Origin: a virus | Lineage: Duplodnaviria > Caudoviricetes | Strand: one strand, 5' to 3' | IMG/VR virus record: IMGVR_UViG_3300027971_004105 | Length of the DNA stretch: 64,000 nt | In this document: positions 56,751-64,000 of the stretch, one piece after another | How the letters are laid out: each line of letters begins with the position of its first letter | How positions within the stretch are numbered: the first letter of the stretch is position 1 | Notes under the pieces: generated by a model | Database searches by the model: none | What the model was told of the DNA's origin: nothing | What the model saw: only the letters and a program-made list of their open reading frames with translations | Position numbers and translations under genes: made by a program

Positions 56751-57062
56751 ATGTACAGAGCCAGTCATATATTAATCGGTTATCAAGGTGCAATGAGATA
56801 CACAGGTCCTAGAACACAGGAAGAAGCCATGTTTGAAACTGCAAGAATAAGAAATGAAATTGCTCAAGGTGTGATCACATTTGAAGATGCTGCTGTGAAA
56901 TACAGTGATTGTCCCAGCAAACAGAATCAAGGAAATTTAGGCACATTCAAACCCAGCACAATGGATCAAGATTTTATTGCTTTTATTGACACATTACAAG
57001 TGTCTGAAGTCAGTGGAGTTTGTCCCACTGTGTACGGATATCATATTATCCGAAAAAATTAA
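56751..57062 (+). CDS. Parvulin-type peptidyl-prolyl isomerase
   Basis: RASHIL, YSDCPS, GNLG, YGYHII. Confidence 0.9.
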   Translation: MYRASHILIGYQGAMRYTGPRTQEEAMFETARIRNEIAQGVITFEDAAVKYSDCPSKQNQGNLGTFKPSTMDQDFIAFIDTLQVSEVSGVCPTVYGYHIIRKN

Positions 57063-57778
57063 TCTCCGTAAATATCCAACACTTCTTTCACAGCAGGATG
57101 ACGTTCAATGTCCCCTTTGTGAAAACTCACTATATCAATGCGTTGAGCTTTGTCTGTTTTATTTAATTTTTCTATAAAATCCAACAATCCATTATCGTGC
57201 TGTCTGTCTGCTTGATTTAAATCACCTGTCACAGCCATTTTAGATCCTTGACTCAAACGTGTGAGCAACATCTTCATTTGACTGTGTGTGGTATTTTGAC
57301 ACTCATCTGCCACTATGAATGCTCGTACAAAATTCCTGCCTCGCATGAATGCCAAAGGTGCTATTTCAATCACGCCTTCATACATCATACTTCTAAGATC
57401 TTCTGTGCGAAAGTATTCTTGAAACACATCAAATATAGGACGTGTCCATGGTGCCATTTTTTCTTCCAGTGTGCCAGGTAAAAAACCAATGTCTTCATCC
57501 ACACTCACTGCTGGTCTGGTGATGATGATGCGATCCACCTGTCTTTGTTTGAACATTTTGATGGCCACCTGAACTGCCAGCAATGTTTTGCCTGTGCCAG
57601 CAGGTCCCACACCGAATACAATGTCTTTGCTGGGGTCTAACAGTTTGATTAGGTAGGATTCTTGATTCTTATTGCGGGGTATTATTTGGACATCTTTTTG
57701 TTTTTCTATTTGATATTGATTAATTTTGAGTACATTATTGTGCTTGGATTGCTTTTTGAAAGCATTTTTTGAACCCAT
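57059..57778 (-). CDS. phoH: PhoH-family ATPase
   Basis: GPAGTGKT, RPAV, GFLPG, AFMRGR, DECQN, GDLNQAD. Confidence 0.95.
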   Translation of the reverse strand: MGSKNAFKKQSKHNNVLKINQYQIEKQKDVQIIPRNKNQESYLIKLLDPSKDIVFGVGPAGTGKTLLAVQVAIKMFKQRQVDRIIITRPAVSVDEDIGFLPGTLEEKMAPWTRPIFDVFQEYFRTEDLRSMMYEGVIEIAPLAFMRGRNFVRAFIVADECQNTTHSQMKMLLTRLSQGSKMAVTGDLNQADRQHDNGLLDFIEKLNKTDKAQRIDIVSFHKGDIERHPAVKEVLDIYGD

Positions 57779-57890
57779 CGACGCTCCTTGGTTAATGGTA
57801 ATGTACAAGTATTTATGGAGATTAAGTGTCTATAAAACTACCATGTTATACCTATTGCTATGGCTAAATAATGTATATCAGGGATATAAT

Positions 57891-58400
57891 ATGCACGATA
57901 CAGCAGATATTTTAAAAAATATAGAAAGCATCTACAGCAATGATAATGCTTTTGCTATTATTAAAGATTTTGAAAGAGTACTGGACGAATTGGATCTATA
58001 TGTGTATGCCAATTGGCAGGATGGTGAATTGATTGAAGGACCAATCATGACCAAACATTATGTGTCCTGTAAATTTATGTGGCCTATGCTGCAAATGCCA
58101 GACCCCATGGGCGGCAAAAGATTATTGGATTATGACTGCCGAGTAACTTATAAAAAAGATCAATTGGTCACTGCTAGAAAAATTGTGGAACCTGATGATG
58201 TGAGACCAGGCACTAAAAAAGGCAAGTTGGACACTGTGCCTGTGTGGATTGTGGAAATCACCATGCCAATTAATCTTATGAAAAATATATTTGATGGCAT
58301 GCAAAATCAAGTGGACTTTAATCAAGAGCCAACCAAGAACAATACTATCACTGATATTCAAGACACTGCTGCAGTTCAACCCATAGATCCAGAAATATAG
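57891..58400 (+). CDS. Hypothetical protein
   Basis: DFERVLDELDLYVYANW..GELIEGP. Confidence 0.75.
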   Translation: MHDTADILKNIESIYSNDNAFAIIKDFERVLDELDLYVYANWQDGELIEGPIMTKHYVSCKFMWPMLQMPDPMGGKRLLDYDCRVTYKKDQLVTARKIVEPDDVRPGTKKGKLDTVPVWIVEITMPINLMKNIFDGMQNQVDFNQEPTKNNTITDIQDTAAVQPIDPEI

Positions 58401-58401
58401 T

Positions 58402-59112
58402 ATGTCACTCAAAACAGGAGATCTTCAATACTGCGTGGATGATATTTTTGAAGTGGATTCATATCAATCCAAAATGGGCATGGATGACAAGATTGTGGTG
58501 TTGAGTTTCAGAGTCAAACCCACACAAGCAGCAGAAGATTTGGTAAATTTTATTGAAAAAGGTTACGACTTTGTGTTGGATGCAGACAAAACCAGTGGTG
58601 AACAATCTGATGGTTACTACAGAGTATTTGTGGAGATTGAAAGAAGCAAAAAGATTGGTGCGCAAATTATGGAAGTACTGGATGGTGTAAAAAAATTATC
58701 AGATTTGAAAGAATTTAAATTTAGATACTACAAAAATTTTAGAAGTCAACCAGCAGATCAGGCCACACTGGAAAACATTGTGCCCAAGGATGGCAATGAG
58801 TACAGCATACGCAAAAATGAAACTGCAATGGAAAATTACAAAAACTTTTTTGCCAACAGCTATGTGGATGAAGTGATAATGGAAGGCGATCACATTGTGT
58901 TCAGTAAAAAATATGCTGAGCCATTAAGATTTAGATTTGTGGATTTTGGTATCACAGTGGACAAACTGCAAGAGCTCAAAGAAGGTTATAATTTGAACAA
59001 ATTTCCTGAAATACTCTATCTCAGCAAGTACATGGGAAATTACAACATAAGTATCTATGGCAACAAATACATATTTGAAAATGATAACAAATGTGTGATA
59101 CTGGAAAAATAA
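58402..59112 (+). CDS. Hypothetical protein
   Basis: 236-aa ORF; IDxYxSKMG-like motif. Confidence 0.8.
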   Translation: MSLKTGDLQYCVDDIFEVDSYQSKMGMDDKIVVLSFRVKPTQAAEDLVNFIEKGYDFVLDADKTSGEQSDGYYRVFVEIERSKKIGAQIMEVLDGVKKLSDLKEFKFRYYKNFRSQPADQATLENIVPKDGNEYSIRKNETAMENYKNFFANSYVDEVIMEGDHIVFSKKYAEPLRFRFVDFGITVDKLQELKEGYNLNKFPEILYLSKYMGNYNISIYGNKYIFENDNKCVILEK

Positions 59113-59113
59113 C

Positions 59114-59581
59114 ATGAATCTATCAGAAAATTTTACCGTGACAGAATTTACCAAAAGTCAAACAGCAGCTCGTCTGGGTATAGACAACATGCCCACACCT
59201 GAGCATTTGGAAAATGCCAAAAGATTATTTGAAAATGTGGTACAGAGAGTGCGAGATCACTTTGGTGCCACCACTATTAACTCTGGATACAGAGGCGCAG
59301 CACTGAACAAAGCAGTGGGCGGTGCATCCACCAGTCAACATTGCAACGGTGAAGCAGCTGATATAGAAGTGCCTGGAGTGGCCAACTATGATGTGGCACT
59401 ATGGATTGAACAAAATTGTGAATATGATCAACTGATACTGGAAGCAGCCAAAAAAGATGATCCAGCAGCAGGTTGGGTGCATGTGAGCTACAAAGAAGGC
59501 AAGAATAGAAAACAAAGTCTCACAGCAGTGTTTGTGAATGGCAAACCCATCTACAGCAACGGATTAGGAGTGTACGAATAA
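59114..59581 (+). CDS. Peptidase M15A endolysin
   Basis: SGYR, SQHCNGEAAD, WVHVS. Confidence 0.88.
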   Translation: MNLSENFTVTEFTKSQTAARLGIDNMPTPEHLENAKRLFENVVQRVRDHFGATTINSGYRGAALNKAVGGASTSQHCNGEAADIEVPGVANYDVALWIEQNCEYDQLILEAAKKDDPAAGWVHVSYKEGKNRKQSLTAVFVNGKPIYSNGLGVYE

Positions 59582-60066
59582 TGTTTGGATTGTTTGGATC
59601 AGCCAAATTAATCATGATAGGCATCATGGTGATAGGATTGTCTGGAGGAGTTAGTTATGTGTACAAACTCAAAGCGGACAATGCCACACTCAAAGGCAAT
59701 CAGGTCAAGATGGAACAGGCCTTGGAAACACAGACCAAGTTCATCGAAGATCAAAAGAGAGACTTTGAGGCTATTATGAAAGCCAATCAAGAAGTGAACA
59801 AATTGGTGGGCACACTGAAAAAAGATATCGATGATTTGGACAAAAGATTCAACAAAGGCACCAGAGACTTGGGCAAGACAGCAATGGAAAGACCCGAAGC
59901 CATGGAAAGAATTATCAACAAAGCATCAGACAAAGCACTGAGATGTGTGGAGATCGCAGGTGGTGCCAAACTGACAGAAGCAGAAAAAACAGCCACTAAA
60001 AAATCAGAGATCAATTCCGAGTGTCCAGCCATAGCCAACCCGGCTTACAAGCCATACAACGAATAA
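59581..60066 (+). CDS. Inner-membrane spanin-like protein
   Basis: N-terminal TM plus coiled coil, directly after the endolysin. Confidence 0.65.
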   Translation: MFGLFGSAKLIMIGIMVIGLSGGVSYVYKLKADNATLKGNQVKMEQALETQTKFIEDQKRDFEAIMKANQEVNKLVGTLKKDIDDLDKRFNKGTRDLGKTAMERPEAMERIINKASDKALRCVEIAGGAKLTEAEKTATKKSEINSECPAIANPAYKPYNE

Positions 60067-60067
60067 T

Positions 60068-60430
60068 ATGATTAAAATAATTTCCGTGATAGCTTTGAGT
60101 TTGTTGCTGACCAATTGCAGCATCCTTGGAGAAAAAGTGATCAAAGTATTGACACAAGAACAGTCTCGTGAAAATCTTAATCTCAAGACTCCCACACTGG
60201 AAGAGATGGAGAAGCTGAGATGGATAGTGATCACCAGCAACAATGCCACAGAAGTATTTGCCAAAATGAAAGCAGAAGGATTGGATCCTGTGCTGTTTGG
60301 TTTGAGTGATGAAGACTATGAGCTGTTGGCTAAAAATTTTGCACAAATTCGCAGCACTCTAAAACAGACCCAGGACATACTGGAACGCTACAAAGAATAC
60401 TATGAAGGAAAAAATAAAACAAATAATTAA
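60068..60430 (+). CDS. Outer-membrane spanin-like lipoprotein
   Basis: LLLTNC lipobox; follows the i-spanin candidate. Confidence 0.65.
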   Translation: MIKIISVIALSLLLTNCSILGEKVIKVLTQEQSRENLNLKTPTLEEMEKLRWIVITSNNATEVFAKMKAEGLDPVLFGLSDEDYELLAKNFAQIRSTLKQTQDILERYKEYYEGKNKTNN

Positions 60431-60776
60431 TTCCACAGTTGTCGTTGCCAAAAATGCATGGCCTTGTGTGAAGAATTTCAGTACACAAGCATACAGCCAA
60501 TGCAAAATTTTATTTTGTGCAATTTACAAATATTCTGTAATAATCTTCAAAAATACTTGGTCTGGCATGATGTGGATCTACAACATCATAGCAGACATGT
60601 TTCGAAAAGTGCCAGCAGAATTGACCTATTGGCATGATGGAGTACAGAATGTGGTGCAGGTGGATGATTTTGTGGAATTGGCTCCCAATATGATACAGTA
60701 TGAAGACACAGACACCAAAAAAAGAGTCAAAGTAAAAGCCGAATATCCCATCAAATATATCTTGAAAGAAAAATAA
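60402..60776 (+). CDS. Hypothetical protein
   Basis: 124-aa ORF. Confidence 0.55.
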   Translation: MKEKIKQIINSTVVVAKNAWPCVKNFSTQAYSQCKILFCAIYKYSVIIFKNTWSGMMWIYNIIADMFRKVPAELTYWHDGVQNVVQVDDFVELAPNMIQYEDTDTKKRVKVKAEYPIKYILKEK

Positions 60777-60824
60777 ACCTTTCAATCACTTGACTTTTTA
60801 TCAAAATACACTATATTATAGCAT

Positions 60825-61661
60825 ATGGATCCATACAAAGTTTTAGGTGTTGATCGCAACATCAACGAAAACGATTTGAAAAAAGCCTACAAGAGCAAGG
60901 CCATGAAACATCATCCTGACAGAGGTGGTGATGAAAACAAATTTAAAGAACTAAACGAAGCCTACGACATACTGAAAGATCCACAAAAAAAAGCTGCCTA
61001 TGACAGATACGGCACTGCAGATCCCAATCAAATGAATTCACAAAATTTTAATTTTAATGGTGATATCAATGATGTGTTCAACACATTCTTTGGTGGTGGT
61101 TTCAATAGAGCAAACAGTGCGAGACACAGACCTCGCAACGCCGACATAAACATAGAAGCCACATTGGATTTAGTAGATGTGCAAAATGGAAAATCCTTAA
61201 TTGCCAGTTATAGATTACCCAACGGTCGACAGGAGAGTGTGAACATTGACATTCCGCCAGGAGTGGAACACAACAACATGATCAAATTTAATGGTTTGGG
61301 TTCTGATTCAGTGAGCAATGCTCCCAGAGGAGATTTGATTGTGAGAGTAAAAATTCTAAGACATAAAACATGGGAAAGAGATGGCCCTCATCTACTCACA
61401 AGAATAAAAGTCAATATATTGGATTTGATATTGGGCACAAAGGAAGAAATACACACACTGTCTGGCAAGAACCTTTCAATCAGCATACCCAAAGGCACTC
61501 AGAACGGCACAGTGTTCAATGTCACAGGAGAAGGATTGCCCAATGTGCATAATCCTAGACAGAAAGGCAACATCTATGTCACAGTGCAGGCAGATACGCC
61601 ACGAGTGGATGACGCAGAATTATTACAAAAAATAAAAAATTTAAAAGATGAACTTAATTAA
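60825..61661 (+). CDS. dnaJ: DnaJ-class co-chaperone lacking the zinc finger
   Basis: HHPDRGG J-domain, G/F region, C-terminal domain; sigma70 promoter 60790-60817. Confidence 0.93.
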   Translation: MDPYKVLGVDRNINENDLKKAYKSKAMKHHPDRGGDENKFKELNEAYDILKDPQKKAAYDRYGTADPNQMNSQNFNFNGDINDVFNTFFGGGFNRANSARHRPRNADINIEATLDLVDVQNGKSLIASYRLPNGRQESVNIDIPPGVEHNNMIKFNGLGSDSVSNAPRGDLIVRVKILRHKTWERDGPHLLTRIKVNILDLILGTKEEIHTLSGKNLSISIPKGTQNGTVFNVTGEGLPNVHNPRQKGNIYVTVQADTPRVDDAELLQKIKNLKDELN

Positions 61662-62142
61662 ATATCCTGATCAGAGACTGCAACAGACTGTAAAAGATTT
61701 TGATTTCAATTCTTTGGATGCTAAAAAAATAGAGCATGAGATGATTCAAACCATGCAAACAGAAATGGGCATTGGTCTGTCTGCCAATCAGGTTGGATTG
61801 GATGCCAAAATATTTGTGATGCAACCACACAGTGTGCTTGGAAAAACCAAACCATTTGCAGTGATAAATCCTGTGATACAGGAAGCTTCCACAGATTTGG
61901 TTCTGATGGAAGAAGGCTGTTTGAGCTTTCCAAAATTATATCTTAAAATACTCAGACCAAACACCATAGTGGTTAAATATATTGACAGTGATCAAAAAGA
62001 ATGTATAATAAAATTAGATAGAATAAATGCTAGAATTTTTTTACATGAATTTGATCATTTGTACGGTATCAACTTTATCGACAGAGTCAGCAAGTTAAAA
62101 TTAGATATGGCCCTTAAGAAACAACAGAGATTGCTAAAATAA
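61648..62142 (+). CDS. def: Peptide deformylase
   Basis: GIGLSANQVG, EGCLS, HEFDH. Confidence 0.95.
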   Translation: MNLIKYPDQRLQQTVKDFDFNSLDAKKIEHEMIQTMQTEMGIGLSANQVGLDAKIFVMQPHSVLGKTKPFAVINPVIQEASTDLVLMEEGCLSFPKLYLKILRPNTIVVKYIDSDQKECIIKLDRINARIFLHEFDHLYGINFIDRVSKLKLDMALKKQQRLLK

Positions 62143-62143
62143 T

Positions 62144-64000
62144 ATGGTAGAACCCAGCGACGAACTACAACGCATATTTGACAAAGCAGTAGAAAATGCT
62201 GCCAAACTCAAACATGAATACATCACAGTGGAACATCTGTTGTTCTCCATGCTGTGCTATGATAAATTTGTGAAAACTTTGTCTGACTTTGGCTCAGATG
62301 CTGAATCAATCAAAAAAAATCTTGAAAAATATCTTAAGGACAATCTAAAAGAGATTGAACTGTTGGAAGTGCCTGTAAAATTCAAACCCAAAAAGACTGT
62401 GGCTGTGGAGCGAGTGCTCAACAGAGCATTCACACAGGTGTTGTTCAGTGGTCGTCAACAGATTGAACTGACTGATGTATTTTTAAGCATGATGAGTGAA
62501 AAGAAGAGCTGGAGTTATTATTACATTGCCAAAAGCAACATCAGCAAAGACAAATTTGCTGATTTTTTAAACAGTGAATTAGAAACTGACTATGAAGCAG
62601 AAGAAAACAGTTCTGCCACTCAAAGAGCATTGAATCTATACACCACAAATTTGAACGCAGAAGCAAAAAAAGAAAAAATAGATCCCGTGATAGGTCGACA
62701 TGCTGAGTTGGACCAAATTGCATTGGCTTTGGGTCGTAGAATGAAAAACAATGTGATATTAGTGGGTGATCCAGGAGTGGGTAAAACTGCCATAGCAGAA
62801 GGATTGGCATTGAACATTGTGACCAATAAGGTTCCAGACTTTTTAAAAGAGTATCAGGTGTATAATTTAGACATTGGTGCTATGTTGGCTGGTAGCAAAT
62901 ACAGAGGAGACTTTGAAGAAAGATTCAAAATGGTGTTGCAAGCACTAAAGAAAAAAGGCAAAACCATTGTGTTCATAGACGAAGCACACAATATCAGCGG
63001 AGCAGGAGCAGGTGGTGGAGACAAAGGATCCAATGATTTAGCAAATTTATTAAAACCAGTGCTGACCAAAGGCACACTAAAAGTTGTGGCCAGTACCACT
63101 TGGGAAGAATACAGAAAATACTTTGAAAAAGATCGTGCTCTTATGAGAAGATTCCAAAGAATCACTGTGGATGAGCCCAGTCAATCAGTGGCCATAGACA
63201 TATTGAAAGGTCTTAAAAAATATTATGAAAATTATCACAAAGCTGAAATCACAGATGCAGCCATTGAAACAGCAGTAAAATTAAGTTGCAAATATCAAAC
63301 TGATAAGAAATTACCTGACAAGGCCATTGATTTAATAGATCTATCTGGCAGTAGATTCAATATCAGTCCCAAAGAAAATCGTAAGATTGATGTGGCTGAA
63401 GTAGAATTTGAATTAAGTAAACTGATCACCATGCCTGTGGAAAACATTCAACAGAGAGAGAACAGCAACTTGGTACATCTTGAAAAAAATTTAAAATCTG
63501 AAGTGTACGATCAGGATGAAGCTATTGACAATATTGTGGACAAAGTGTTCATTGCTCAAGCAGGATTGAAAGCAGAAAATAAACCCATAGGTTCATTTAT
63601 ATTCATGGGACCAACTGGATGTGGTAAAACAGAGACAGCCAAGCAACTCAGCAAACATTTGGGAGTAAAATTGATAAGATTTGACATGAGTGAATATCAA
63701 GAAAAACACAGTATCAGCAAACTGATTGGATCCCCTCCAGGTTATGTGGGCTATGAAGAAAATGCTGGATCATTGATTACAAAATTACAAGAATCACCCA
63801 ACTGTGTGTTACTGTTGGATGAAATAGAAAAAGCACATCCTGATATTTCACAAATATTGCTTCAGATTATGGATGAAGGCACAGTGACTGGCAGCAACGG
63901 CAAAGTAGCTGACTGCAGGAACATTATGTTGATATTAACCACCAATCTTGGTGCTGAACAGGCAGAAAAAGGCAGTATAGGTTTTGCTCAGTACATGGAT
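62144..64000 (+). CDS. clpA: ClpA AAA+ unfoldase (runs off the window end; absent from the ORF track)
   Basis: HEYITVEHLL N-domain, GDPGVGKT, GPTGCGKT, DMSEY, IGF loop at 63977-63985; no ClpB M-domain. Confidence 0.93.
   Translation, partial: MVEPSDELQRIFDKAVENAAKLKHEYITVEHLLFSMLCYDKFVKTLSDFGSDAESIKKNLEKYLKDNLKEIELLEVPVKFKPKKTVAVERVLNRAFTQVLFSGRQQIELTDVFLSMMSEKKSWSYYYIAKSNISKDKFADFLNSELETDYEAEENSSATQRALNLYTTNLNAEAKKEKIDPVIGRHAELDQIALALGRRMKNNVILVGDPGVGKTAIAEGLALNIVTNKVPDFLKEYQVYNLDIGAMLAGSKYRGDFEERFKMVLQALKKKGKTIVFIDEAHNISGAGAGGGDKGSNDLANLLKPVLTKGTLKVVASTTWEEYRKYFEKDRALMRRFQRITVDEPSQSVAIDILKGLKKYYENYHKAEITDAAIETAVKLSCKYQTDKKLPDKAIDLIDLSGSRFNISPKENRKIDVAEVEFELSKLITMPVENIQQRENSNLVHLEKNLKSEVYDQDEAIDNIVDKVFIAQAGLKAENKPIGSFIFMGPTGCGKTETAKQLSKHLGVKLIRFDMSEYQEKHSISKLIGSPPGYVGYEENAGSLITKLQESPNCVLLLDEIEKAHPDISQILLQIMDEGTVTGSNGKVADCRNIMLILTTNLGAEQAEKGSIGFAQYMD

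Noticed and set aside
55262-62143. CIRCE or sigma32 heat-shock control of groES, dnaJ and clpA
   Set aside because: No TTAGCACTC-N9-GAGTGCTAA or clear sigma32 boxes seen; dnaJ has a sigma70-type leaderless promoter
1-64000. Stop-codon reassignment
   Set aside because: TAG and TGA end intact conserved genes, ATGA overlaps are common, and long genes are uninterrupted

Overview
This is a gene-dense, AT-rich segment of a large tailed dsDNA phage genome (jumbo/T4-like transcription signals), mostly coded on the + strand with the standard genetic code. An alphaproteobacterial host is inferred, not proven, from a permuted two-piece tmRNA, a ROSE-like element and a hemO-pcyX cassette. It contains: (i) late, probably virion-associated genes, including a Pol-beta-type nucleotidyltransferase next to a KxDG ligase-like protein and an acidic protein with a likely -1 frameshift extension; (ii) nucleotide and DNA metabolism (nrdA, nrdB, glutaredoxin, HAD nucleotidase, PD-(D/E)XK nuclease, ATP-dependent ligase, clamp loader, a DnaE fragment, UvsE); (iii) a broad translation and proteostasis kit (tmRNA, bS21, peptide deformylase, ClpA, ClpP, ClpS, Hsp20, DnaJ, GroES-like, parvulin, CspA); (iv) iron, tetrapyrrole and stress genes (Nfu, IscA, heme oxygenase, PcyX, MnSOD, PhoH, PspC); (v) a ~15 kb baseplate/tail-fibre block with two compositionally foreign inserts; and (vi) dispersed lysis genes. 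The most striking unannotated layer is RNA-level control: a preQ1-I-like pseudoknot with a competing anti-SD helix before queD, a ROSE-type thermometer before hsp20, and more than 20 genes whose promoters sit 5-8 nt from the ATG (leaderless mRNAs). No CRISPR array, tRNA, intron, intein or transposase was seen. All assignments come from motif recognition by eye; no searches were run.
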